Shown: positions 48,291-58,001, counted from the stretch's first letter. The stretch: 64,000 nucleotides of DNA from an uncultured archaeon (GCA_964486045.1 CAZALK010000002.1:265811-329810); one strand, 5' to 3'. The notes: generated by a model not told the origin, from the letters alone. Program-made: numbers and translations.

Positions 48291-48370
48291 GATCGATGCT
48301 GTCAAACGGCTTTTTGGTGAAATTCTTTCAGAATCCGAAGGATAAATCTTACTTTTTTTTATATTCTTTT
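48291..48370 (+). repeat. Right 80-bp direct repeat (orphan copy of the ferredoxin gene 3' end)
   Basis: Identical to 44912..44991. Confidence 0.97.
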
Positions 48371-48489
48371 ATTTTTAGTTTCTTATATGTAAATCTTGCT
48401 TAATTTAGATTCACATAGAACATTAAAAAAAGTTAATTTTATTAAGACTTACGTCGTTAATTACTTTAAAATTATCTTAGTGAAATTAT

Positions 48490-49626
48490 ATGGTTGAAAT
48501 ACATGGATTTTGTGATGAGCAATTTAAATCAGTTAAAGAGGCTTTTACTCAAAATTTTGAGGAAGGATTAGAAGTCGGTGCCTCTTTTGCAGCTACTTTA
48601 AACGGTAAACCTGTAATAGACATATGGGCGGGATATAGTGATGCCGCCCAAACAAAACCTTGGGAAAAGGATACCATAGTAAACGTATATTCAACGACAA
48701 AGGTAATGACTGCAATATGTACACTCATGTGTGTTGATCGAGGATTATTAGATCTCGATGCACCTGTTGCTAAATATTGGCCAGAGTTTGCTCAAGGAGG
48801 TAAAGAGAAAATACCAGTTAGAAATCTCCTCAGCCATACTGCAGGTCTTTCTGGTTTCGATAAACCTATTTCAATAGAAACTTTGTATAATTGGGAAAAA
48901 GTTGTAAACTTACTGGCTGCGCAAAAACCTTGGTGGGAACCCGGAACTAAAAGTGGTTATCATGCTATTACATTTGGTCATCTTTTAGGCGAACTAGTAC
49001 GTCGAGTAACTGGGAAAACTATTGGAACATTTTTCAAAGAAGAAGTAGCAGATCCCCTTGGCGCAGATTTCCATATTGGTCTTCCTGAGGAACATGATTC
49101 TCGGGTTGGTGAATTAATCCCACCTCCCGAAATGGATTTGAGTCAGTTAGGAGCTGTTGATCCAAACTCTGTAGCAGTAAAGACATTTATGAGTGTTGCA
49201 ACTAGTCCTGCAGAAACTAAGACTCGTGCTTGGCGTGCTGCTGAGATTCCTGCCGCTAATGGACATGGAAATGCTCGGGCTGTGGCTAGAATAACATCTG
49301 CAGTGGCATGTGGTGGTGAAATTGATGGAGTACGTTTATTTTCCTTAGAAACAATAGAAAAAGCTTTAGAGGAACAATCCTATGGAACGGATTTAGTACT
49401 TATGGTGCCAATACGTTTTGGTTTAGGTCTTGGTCTCCAGGGAAAAGAAGCTCCTATAGGACCGAATCAACGTGTTTTATACTGGGGCGGATGGGGAGGT
49501 TCTGTAAGTATAATGGATCTTGATGCTAAGTTAAGCATTGCCTATGTTATGAACAAAATGGTATCAACCTTGACAGGAGATCCTCGAAGTGTAAGACCCA
49601 TTGAAGCATTATATAACTCATTGTAG
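48490..49626 (+). CDS. Serine hydrolase, beta-lactamase class C/EstA family
   Basis: SxxK (YSTTK), LLSHTAGL, GYHA and WGGWGGS. Confidence 0.94.
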   Translation: MVEIHGFCDEQFKSVKEAFTQNFEEGLEVGASFAATLNGKPVIDIWAGYSDAAQTKPWEKDTIVNVYSTTKVMTAICTLMCVDRGLLDLDAPVAKYWPEFAQGGKEKIPVRNLLSHTAGLSGFDKPISIETLYNWEKVVNLLAAQKPWWEPGTKSGYHAITFGHLLGELVRRVTGKTIGTFFKEEVADPLGADFHIGLPEEHDSRVGELIPPPEMDLSQLGAVDPNSVAVKTFMSVATSPAETKTRAWRAAEIPAANGHGNARAVARITSAVACGGEIDGVRLFSLETIEKALEEQSYGTDLVLMVPIRFGLGLGLQGKEAPIGPNQRVLYWGGWGGSVSIMDLDAKLSIAYVMNKMVSTLTGDPRSVRPIEALYNSL

Positions 49627-49643
49627 TTCTTCTTTTTTTTTTT
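49627..49643 (+). terminator. Oligo-T archaeal-type terminator
   Basis: TTCTTC followed by a long T run immediately after the stop codon. Confidence 0.55.
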
Positions 49644-49656
49644 GGTAATTCGAGAA

Positions 49657-49709
49657 TCTGAATCCGAAGGGTAAAAATTAATTTTTTTTAATATCTTTTT
49701 TATTTTAGT
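49657..49709 (+). repeat. Third, diverged copy of the ferredoxin gene 3' end plus T-tract
   Basis: TCT GAA TCC GAA GGG TAA vs TCA GAA TCC GAA GGA TAA (SESEG*), followed by a similar T-rich tail. Confidence 0.8.
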
Positions 49710-49784
49710 AATTTTTCTTTTATGAAAAGTATAATTTACTGCTCATTTTTTCTATTATCAAGAATTTCATTTTTTATTGTTCGA

Positions 49785-50070
49785 TCAAGGATTAACTACC
49801 TCTGTCTCAGTTCCAATAACAATAAATGATCCATCTCCAGAAATAGCAAGAGCATCTGTATAAACTTGACTTCCGTGATCATAACTCCAAACCTCTTGTA
49901 CACTAGACATATGAAGGTTTTCCGTTTTTTGTTGTATATAATTGCCATTCAAAACTAAGGGAAAAATATTTATTCTCACAATTTTTTTCAAGGAAATTCA
50001 AGTTGAATAAAAAATGAGAAGAGAATGAGTCCTCCTATAGCAATTACTAATTTAATGAGAAATCCAGCAA
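49785..50070 (-). pseudogene. Decayed 5' fragment of a secreted WD40/PQQ-like propeller gene
   Basis: VWSYDHGSQVYTDALAISGDGSFIVIG blade; hydrophobic LVIAIGGLILFSFF segment upstream in another frame. Confidence 0.55.
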
Positions 50071-50179
50071 AGCGGAGTCAGTCACGGGTCTTATGTAAGA
50101 TGTAAAAGAAATATATAGCAATTTATATCAAATTGAGAATTGAGTGAAAATAAAAAAAAAAGAGAGTTAATGACTTTTT

Positions 50180-52324
50180 TTAGCTGAATCTAATTTTTCC
50201 TTTGATTTGTTTATGCAAATAAGACAGTATAATCAACGACGCAATTGAAATAAATAATAGTGAATAACCTGGAATTCCGGGTTCCACAGGGACTTCCATT
50301 TTAGACTCTACAGTGACAATAACGATATCTTCAGCAGTTTCATTGGCATTGTGTATTTCAATGCGATATTCATAAAATCCAACGGGAAGAGCATCAACGC
50401 TAATAACAACAGGTATTCCTGATACCCATGAATCCGTGTTACTAAATGAACTATTTTGATAGACGGTATAGCTATGATTAAAAGTGTAATCTGCAGTTAT
50501 GATCCATGTAATAGTATTACCAGTGCTACCAAACTCGTAATTAATGTCTAATGGATGTGATACTACTATGGAATAATCATAGGGAGCATAAAAAGCCCAT
50601 TGGCAAGAATAGAAATCTAGTTTTTCATAAGCATTTGGCTGAAATCCCGTTAAATTGACGTTGTAAGCATAATATAATTTGTCTACATAAACCCAAGCCC
50701 ATGGATAGTCTCTTTCAATCAAGAGTTCTTGAATCCTATCATAATAAGCTTCTCTTAAAGCAGGGTCAGTTTCTATAAGAGCAATTTCCATCAAGAGCTG
50801 GACATTATCATTTAGAACGGTTGAATTGCCTGATGAAAGCCATCCATTATACTGTGCTCCATTAGAAGCAATAGATCTATTAGTAAACAAATTATTAATG
50901 TAGTGGCTCGGATCGTTATAAAGTGGTTTCCAATCTAGCCAATAAAGTTCCAACATATCTCTATGACGAATACCTATTTCATATAACCTGTAAATTAATT
51001 CCATGAACGTCATGCCATCATCTATCACTCTAATGCCAATTTTTGACAGATTATTCTGCAGTAAAACTAGTATACCCTCTCGAAAAGTATTACCGATGTT
51101 ATAGCTATAATTAAAAATTGCAAAAGGAGAAGTGGATTCTTGATTTACCCATTCTGTATCGTCACTCACGTTGAACCCCATCCCAAATCCCATGGATTGC
51201 ATTATTAGTCTTGCGTGAGTGAGATTAAAGATCGGCGCATCAAATGTGGCATTAGAATACCTAATGCCTAACGGAATAGGAGATTTAGCTCTTACAGCAT
51301 TACCCCCTTTAAGGGTATTGATACTGTAATCATAATCCAACGCATAAGAAATTGCCTTCCTAAAGGTTACATTTATCAGGTTGTTATTCATCCCTAGGTA
51401 CTGAAGAATTACACTTTGTGGCCCTTCTTCGAAGGTAAGACCCGCTGTTGAATTTAATACTCCGTAATATGATTCTGATGGATCATATAGAAAATGGATA
51501 TCCCCCGCTAATAAAGCCAAACTTCTAGCAGTTGTATTGGTAATTTCTTTAAAAACTAATTCTTCAATACTCGCTTTTCCTTTCCAATAATCGTCGAAGG
51601 CGTGAAATTTTACATCGACACCCACTTCGTACGAATCATAAACAAAAGGACCTGTGCCAACGATATCTCCAGTATACGTGTCAATGTAAGTATTCGAGAG
51701 CGAAGTTATATATGTAGGTGATTGAATATATGAGCCACTGAAGGCTAACAAAGCTTCAAAAGGTACATAAGGGCCATTCAGGAAAAACGTTACGGTGTTA
51801 TCACCATTATCAACAACATTACTTACGATGGGCGTACGATTTGGAAATTCATATAATTCTCTTAACTGTGTTATACTAATCGTGTTGGTGCCAGTAGTGT
51901 TTAAAGCCCAAGCCATTCTATCCCAGTGGGCAACAACAGCAGCCGCATTAAAGTCTGTTCCGTCATGAAATTTAACGCCAGTTCTGAGAGGTATTGTATA
52001 TTCATCACCACTAGCATTCCACGTGCCCAAAGCGGAGGCTAGTCGTGGTATTAAGGCAAGATTAGGATCACCTAAATCATAAGCAAATAAACCCTCAACT
52101 ACTTGATCAATTACATCAAAGGCCGGGTAACCCCAAGCTATAATTGGATCAATATCTGCTGGTAAATACGGTAAGCCAACTTTAAAAGGAATGACGGGGA
52201 ATCCAGCACTAGCAACCAAGTTAAGATCTCTAAGATTGTTGTTTCTTTTGAAATTCACAAAACCAATAGAAAAAGATGAAGTCACTACAATTATTATTAT
52301 TATATTTTTAAAACTTTTTTTCAT
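50180..52324 (-). CDS. Family 5 (peptide) ABC substrate-binding protein with Ig-like domain and Loki-CTERM-like anchor
   Basis: LRTGVKFHDGTDFNA, GTGPF and RKAISYALD; C-terminal IPGY, TM segment and basic tail. Confidence 0.9.
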   Translation of the reverse strand: MKKSFKNIIIIIVVTSSFSIGFVNFKRNNNLRDLNLVASAGFPVIPFKVGLPYLPADIDPIIAWGYPAFDVIDQVVEGLFAYDLGDPNLALIPRLASALGTWNASGDEYTIPLRTGVKFHDGTDFNAAAVVAHWDRMAWALNTTGTNTISITQLRELYEFPNRTPIVSNVVDNGDNTVTFFLNGPYVPFEALLAFSGSYIQSPTYITSLSNTYIDTYTGDIVGTGPFVYDSYEVGVDVKFHAFDDYWKGKASIEELVFKEITNTTARSLALLAGDIHFLYDPSESYYGVLNSTAGLTFEEGPQSVILQYLGMNNNLINVTFRKAISYALDYDYSINTLKGGNAVRAKSPIPLGIRYSNATFDAPIFNLTHARLIMQSMGFGMGFNVSDDTEWVNQESTSPFAIFNYSYNIGNTFREGILVLLQNNLSKIGIRVIDDGMTFMELIYRLYEIGIRHRDMLELYWLDWKPLYNDPSHYINNLFTNRSIASNGAQYNGWLSSGNSTVLNDNVQLLMEIALIETDPALREAYYDRIQELLIERDYPWAWVYVDKLYYAYNVNLTGFQPNAYEKLDFYSCQWAFYAPYDYSIVVSHPLDINYEFGSTGNTITWIITADYTFNHSYTVYQNSSFSNTDSWVSGIPVVISVDALPVGFYEYRIEIHNANETAEDIVIVTVESKMEVPVEPGIPGYSLLFISIASLIILSYLHKQIKGKIRFS

Positions 52325-52452
52325 TAAAAATACCCAAAATTTTTGGTCTATAATATTTTATCCTTAGATTATATAAAAGTTATTATTTTCTCACGATAAC
52401 AAGAAATTCAAATTTATTTCATAATAAAGTAATAAACTGATTTCTTAATCTT

Positions 52453-52677
52453 TTGGATGCTCTAAAAGAATCTTTATTTAAAAAAGGGTATAAGGAACAC
52501 AAAAGTGGGAAGGGAATGGGATTTGAATTATCCCTTGTCAAAACAATCATCAATCCTTATGAGGAACTCTTCTGGGTAGAGAATTGGGTAGAAGAAAATT
52601 ACACACACGGCAGTTATTTTACCATATTATTTATTATTTTTCCGAAGATCCTTCACAATTTCACTATTACTGCATAA
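52453..52677 (+). pseudogene. Histidine-kinase HATPase C-terminal remnant
   Basis: LFKKGY...GKGMGFELSLVKTII...WVEN...GSYFTI (degenerate F and G2 boxes); no N-terminal part. Confidence 0.7.
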
Positions 52678-52782
52678 TTGTTCTTTATAATCAAGATGAA
52701 TGTTTTCTTCAATCCTATTTGGAATTAAACTCTCCAAAAAATCTTGATTTACTTCATTAATTCGGTCTGCTGTGATTAACAT
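52627..52782 (-). pseudogene. Truncated Schlafen/AlbA_2 domain gene (N-terminal 51 aa)
   Basis: Hand translation MLITADRINEVNQDFLESLIPNRIEENIHLDYKEQLCSNSEIVKDLRKNNK*. Confidence 0.65.
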
Positions 52783-52964
52783 TATCAATCTATTGGTTAT
52801 ATTTACACCTATTTATTATTATTTTTGTCTTAACCCATAACAAATGAAACAGAAATATATCCTTTTCCCCATTCTCTCCTATGATTATTATCTCCCTCCC
52901 CTGTGGTATCCTCTCCTAAAAAAGCGAAGTATTGCCTTACCCCATTCTTTTTCTTGAAATAGGA

Positions 52965-53084
52965 GACTCCTACCAGCAAGACCTAATTCTAAGGTCAAAA
53001 TTTAATCAGGGTGAGGAGGGCGAAATTAGAGTGTAATTCCTTACACTACCAAAAGACAAAAATCCAGGGTGCTTGGTAGGAGTC
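52965..53084. mobile_element. 120-bp MITE-like element with 11-bp terminal inverted repeats
   Basis: GACTCCTACCA...TGGTAGGAGTC; internal palindrome AGTGTAA-ttcc-TTACACT; no clear target duplication. Confidence 0.45.
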
Positions 53085-53301
53085 ATGGTTGGTTTTTTTA
53101 TCTTTTCTCTAATAATATTTTTTCATCTAATCCATTTAATAGTTTGGATTTTAGATTTTTTAAAGGAAAAGTCTCTATCGGAAATCATCAAAATATCAGA
53201 AAAATTCATTCAACATCAAATTTTAATGTATCAAGGTGTGCCAAAGCGAATACCAATAAAAATTATATATTAATTATCCTTATATTCTTCTTGAAATTAA
53301 A

Positions 53302-53667
53302 ATGACAAAAAGAATTCAAAATATTATTTTTTTTCTTATGGGCTTCATTTTTCTAGCGGTTGCTATCTACCCATTAGTTTATTTTATTGTAATATTTTCC
53401 GTTAAGAGCAATAGCTCTGTCTATTCCTACTTTCGAAATAATACTTTTTACAATTTAATCTTTTTTACATTTATATTCTTTTTCTTTAGCCTTATTTTTA
53501 TAATTCCTGGAACTGGTTTGTTCCAACGTGAAAAAGTAAAGAAACTATTCTCGTTTAAACGAACCTTTTATATCCTTATGTACGTCTCACTAATTGAAGT
53601 TTTAATAATGATAATTCTTTTTCCAGAACCAATCAACATATACAGAATAGCACCCCCTCTAAATTAA
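53302..53667 (+). CDS. Three-TM membrane protein, paralog 1
   Basis: Hydrophobic; aligns full length with 53826..54191 (IQN, P.VYF.VIF, YFRN.TF, IE, LFPE). Confidence 0.8.
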   Translation: MTKRIQNIIFFLMGFIFLAVAIYPLVYFIVIFSVKSNSSVYSYFRNNTFYNLIFFTFIFFFFSLIFIIPGTGLFQREKVKKLFSFKRTFYILMYVSLIEVLIMIILFPEPINIYRIAPPLN

Positions 53668-53825
53668 CTTTATAATTAATAAAGTCATCTTTAAAATACT
53701 GACGATATCAGTAACCTCATTTATCATAAAAATTATTTACCTAGAATTAAATTTTTCTGTGGAGAAGCGAATATTATGAAAAATTGTAAAATTAATTGTG
53801 TTTATATCCTACCTGAAAAAAGACG

Positions 53826-54191
53826 ATGAAAAAAAAAATTCAGAATGTTACAAATTTTATTTTTCTTCTTATTGGCTTCATTCTGATATCAATTGCTATC
53901 TTCCCAATAGTTTATTTTCATGTAATTTTTTTAGATCGTAAGTATGGCATTGCTTATTACTACTTTCGAAATTTGACATTTCACATGGTATTTTTGTTTT
54001 CATTTATTTTCTTTTTTTTAGGCTTCATGTTTATAAGTTCTGGAATAAGTTTGTTCCTACGTGGAAAAATAAAGGAACCATACTCATATAAACAAAGTTG
54101 TTATATTCTTCTATTTATATACATAATTGAAATCTTTGTAATGCGTGCTCTTTTCCCGGAAGCAATCATAGGTTGGCTTGCTCCTAATTAG
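53826..54191 (+). CDS. Three-TM membrane protein, paralog 2
   Basis: Same length (121 aa) and motifs as 53302..53667. Confidence 0.8.
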   Translation: MKKKIQNVTNFIFLLIGFILISIAIFPIVYFHVIFLDRKYGIAYYYFRNLTFHMVFLFSFIFFFLGFMFISSGISLFLRGKIKEPYSYKQSCYILLFIYIIEIFVMRALFPEAIIGWLAPN

Positions 54192-54222
54192 TTTTATAAT
54201 TTTTACTACTTCCTCCTTTTCT

Positions 54223-54303
54223 ACATGTGGTTATATCCTTAAAAAAATTCAGCTATTCAAAAAATCATTAAAATTATAGAAAGGTAAATTCAGAGTCTGA
54301 TTT
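54223..54303 (+). repeat. ~81-bp inverted repeat, arm 1
   Basis: Reverse complement of 59214..59294 with 4 substitutions and 2 single-base indels. Confidence 0.9.
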
Positions 54304-54501
54304 CAATGAAAATATGATTGAAAAAACAGAATATGTAAGAAAGAATGATAACCATAATCATCTATGGGGCATGATATTAATAAGTTTTGTTAAATCAGTA
54401 AACATCCTCACGATAGATAAAATATTTTAATATTATAAAATTAAATTATAATTATAAAAAAGACAATAATTACAAATAATAATAATAGTTGGAGTCAGAA
54501 T

Positions 54502-55359
54502 ATGATGAAAAAACCAGTATGGGAAGATAGAAGCATGATTTTACCTCATGAACTTAAAATCATTGAGGAACTAGAAGAAGGTGCCAATCAGCAAGTATTT
54601 ATTGATATAAATGAAAGAAATGAGATTGTTGAGTTATCCACATTAGATTGTGGAATTAAAAAGATTCCTCAAGATATCGATCGATTACTATCCCTTGAAT
54701 CCCTTGATATTAGAGATAAAAAATTATCAGAATTACCTGATTCAATTGGAAATCTGCAAAGATTAAAAAATTTATTAATTTATGAGAGTAATATAAAAAC
54801 TTTGCCACAATCTATAGGAAATTTAAAAAATATCACCCAACTTCGAATAGTAAATAGTGGTATTAAAGAATTCCCAACACAAATATGCAACCTCAAAAGT
54901 TTAACTACACTTGATTTAAGTTATAATGCATTATCTAAGATTCATGGCAATATCAGCGAATTAATAAATTTAAAGAATCTATTCTTGAATAATAATAAAA
55001 TCTCCGATCTCCCAGAAACATTAAGCAATTTAACGCAATTATGGAAAGTAAATTTTAATGACAATAAATTTAAAACTTTTCCTGCTATTATTCTAGAATT
55101 AAATTTAGGCACAATAGCTATCCATAACAATCCATTTAAGAAAATACCTAGGAAGATAACACTTTGTAGAAAGGATGGGGATATGTTAATATTAAATCCA
55201 GATGTCTATAATAAAATGATGACTGCCGCAATGTCAGCAGTAACAGAGGATTATGGTCCAGATTTATGGAGGGCGAACAATCAAGCTGATCATAAAAAGA
55301 CTAATCGAGAAAAAGCTAAAAGAGAAAGTAGAGACAGACTTAAACGCTTATTACAATAA
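54502..55359 (+). CDS. Leucine-rich repeat protein
   Basis: About six 23-aa LxxLxLxxNxLxxLPxxIxxL repeats. Confidence 0.93.
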   Translation: MMKKPVWEDRSMILPHELKIIEELEEGANQQVFIDINERNEIVELSTLDCGIKKIPQDIDRLLSLESLDIRDKKLSELPDSIGNLQRLKNLLIYESNIKTLPQSIGNLKNITQLRIVNSGIKEFPTQICNLKSLTTLDLSYNALSKIHGNISELINLKNLFLNNNKISDLPETLSNLTQLWKVNFNDNKFKTFPAIILELNLGTIAIHNNPFKKIPRKITLCRKDGDMLILNPDVYNKMMTAAMSAVTEDYGPDLWRANNQADHKKTNREKAKRESRDRLKRLLQ

Positions 55360-55430
55360 CAATTAAAATAATTGATTGAACTTAGAAACTTAAATTCAAG
55401 AAATTAATAATAAAATGATGTGATACATTC

Positions 55431-56744
55431 ATGTTTAAGACAGAAGAATTAATTCCGATCTTAGAAAGGGAATTTAGAGAAAAGCGAATTTATGGTGATG
55501 ATGAGGATTTTAAATTTTTGAATCCAAAAAAAGATGAAAATGGCCCAAATTGTAAGATTCTCATAAATGAATATTATAGTCACGGCGGTTATCATTATCC
55601 TGATAATAGTACTGCAGAAAAAGATCCCACAAATTATATTGAAACAAGTATCGGAAGTGTTCGAGAAGCAATTAAAAAATTCATTACAATTAAAATCCAA
55701 AATGTACCTTTGATTGAGAGACCCTTATTCCGAATAGACCTAAAAAAACCTCCAATTATGTCGAATATAATTCCCTTGAGCCTCTCCCAGTATGTTCAAG
55801 AAATTGCTCCACGGAAAGTTGATTTTTTAAAAAAAAATCCTTATTATTCCTATGGTCAAGATTTAACGTGCTTAGCTAAAAAAAGGAACGACATTGTTCT
55901 TGATATGAGAGAAAATCCTAGATTAACAAATCCTCAATCAGAGTCTATGAAGAATTTTAATAAAATTTATTCCGAAATGATGACAATAGAAAACATTATC
56001 ATTAAAAGGCATATAGAAACCAATCTTGGTGAAATAAAGCATACTACATATGTTGATGACGATGAATTTCTTCCTATTTATATTTATCAAATACTAAAAT
56101 TAGACAATGAAGATTTTGGAGTATTAATAACTTCCGGTTTTAGTACAATGCCATTAACTGTTCCGAATGAGCTACAATTTATCTATAACTATTTAGAATT
56201 TTTAATAACAATACCCACTGATTTTCCATATCCTTTAGAGAACAATAAAAATCACGAATATTATTGGTTAATTGAAAAACTCATATTTTTTATTCATTAT
56301 ATTCATAGAGAAAAGACATAGTTTTGCCATGGACATACCTATGGCAATGGTAACCCTCCAAAACCATTTACAAGTGCTTCTGATTTGAGCGGCTTTTTAT
56401 TTCAGTTTCCCTTCCAAGGATTTCCTACTTATTTCTGTGAACTGATTATTCCTCCAATTAAAAACATTCACTTCCTACAAATTATTTCATTATACGATAA
56501 TGAAATGTATTATGCCCTTGAAAAAGGTGGTGAGGAATTGGTGAAGCTGTTTCGAGTAAACAATATTCCCTTATATGTAAATCCAAAAAGGAAAAACTTG
56601 CTTAGTAAAAACGATTATAGAGCGAAAGATTATGGAAAAAGTGCAAATTTTTGTCAAAAATGTGGAACTATAATTAGAGATATTCAATCAAAAGCTAAGA
56701 AAGTGAAATGCCCTAATTGTGGAAACAAAATTAAACTAAAATAG
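55431..56744 (+). pseudogene. SUFU (suppressor of fused) domain plus zinc ribbon, interrupted by an in-frame TAG at 56319-56321
   Basis: ORFs 55431..56321 and 56385..56744 share a frame and join through IHREKT*FCHGHTYGNG; LITSGFS, IHFLQIISLY..E, CQKC and CPNC. Confidence 0.85.
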
Positions 56745-57095
56745 AAGAGAAGAAAATACTAGTAAAAAATTCATAAGAGTTATTTGAGGGTTTTTTGATA
56801 GCTAAAAGAAAACCATTTGAAGCTATAATTGGATTAACAAAAGAAGGGGTTGTAAAGCATAAATCAAAGGCATACCAAAAACTCACTTTTAAGTTCCATG
56901 TTAAGAAATTTTTTAGAGTGAAAACCATATAATTTAGTTTATTTAATTAATGCAACATTAGGGAAAAGGATATAATATTGGTCCGGTTTCTTTAAATATA
57001 TGGCAAAAATTAAATTGAATGAATTAAAGATTGCTTAAGAAGTATATTGGGATATTTTGGAGAGAACCTCTACATAAAAAATAAACATATGACAA

Positions 57096-58001
57096 ATGAA
57101 AGAGTTTAAGATTAACGATTATATTACACTTAAGTTAGAATTTAATAAGACAGTTATTTATGTGGATAAAGAACGATTTCTTCAGTGTAAATATCTTTTA
57201 TTGAAATTAGAAAAGGGAAATTTTGAACAATATGATGAGCTAGAATCCATTGACGAAGCTGCTGAACATTTAGATCATTCGCAAGAGGGTTTTGGAAGTG
57301 GATTAATAAAACCAGAGACTGAATTTTGGGCTCATTGTTCAAATTTACAAGCATGGGTTGAAAACAATTATGATACTAGGTTACTACATTCTAATTTATC
57401 CTTTCCCCTTCTAAAGAAACTATCTGATAAAGGAGATCCATTAACTAACATTAAATTTCAAGAAGAAATTGCTTATAGACTAGAAAGTGGATATTTATCC
57501 GTAATATTTTTTTTAATTGAACAAGAGTACTTACAATACTTACCTTTAGATTATTTAAATGTTTTAATGGAAAAGATTAGTGGGACACTTTTTCCACAGA
57601 TTTTTAGAATCTTAAATGAAAAAAAGCATCAACGAAATAGAGTTTATTCTAAAAATTATATTAGAATTTTAAAAAAATTGAAAGCTCTTATAAATCTCCC
57701 TCTTGTAATTCATCAGATTGACCATAAAGATTTTGTAATAGGATTAGCTAATATTAACTTCTCCTTTTTAGACTTCTTTATTCATCCTAAAATCGAGAAT
57801 CAGCTTAAATATCTGAATTCATTACTAGAAATATTTATAGAGGGATTATACAGTAAGGATACTGATTTTTTTATGGCAACTAAAAATCCTGTTCCGGTAG
57901 CTATATCTAAAATAATATCACCAGGTGTTATTTTGATAATTTCTTTGAAGCCTTCGTATTCTTCTAAGGCATTTTCATCTTCCCACCACATCGAATCATA
58001 A
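57096..58001 (+). CDS. Lokiarchaeal expanded-family protein; 3' end probably replaced by read-through into an antisense gene remnant
   Basis: KEFKINDYITLKLE, QCKYLL, SIDEAAE and EFWAHCSNLQAWVENNYDTRLLHSNLSFPLLKKL. Confidence 0.75.
   Translation: MKEFKINDYITLKLEFNKTVIYVDKERFLQCKYLLLKLEKGNFEQYDELESIDEAAEHLDHSQEGFGSGLIKPETEFWAHCSNLQAWVENNYDTRLLHSNLSFPLLKKLSDKGDPLTNIKFQEEIAYRLESGYLSVIFFLIEQEYLQYLPLDYLNVLMEKISGTLFPQIFRILNEKKHQRNRVYSKNYIRILKKLKALINLPLVIHQIDHKDFVIGLANINFSFLDFFIHPKIENQLKYLNSLLEIFIEGLYSKDTDFFMATKNPVPVAISKIISPGVILIISLKPSYSSKAFSSSHHIES

Larger units (their letters stand above)
44912..48370. mobile_element. Integrated AT-rich island without integrase, bounded by 80-bp direct repeats
   Basis: Exact flanking duplication; cargo on the opposite strand; visibly more AT-rich than the upstream AOR gene. 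Confidence 0.8.

Noticed and set aside
44912-48370. Provirus or autonomous integrative element
   Set aside because: No integrase, replication or structural genes in 3.3 kb
48490-49626. True beta-lactamase
   Set aside because: LLSH and WGG motifs fit family VIII esterases; no signal peptide
53069-53305. Two overlapping short ORFs
   Set aside because: Starts lie inside the MITE-like end; no recognisable product
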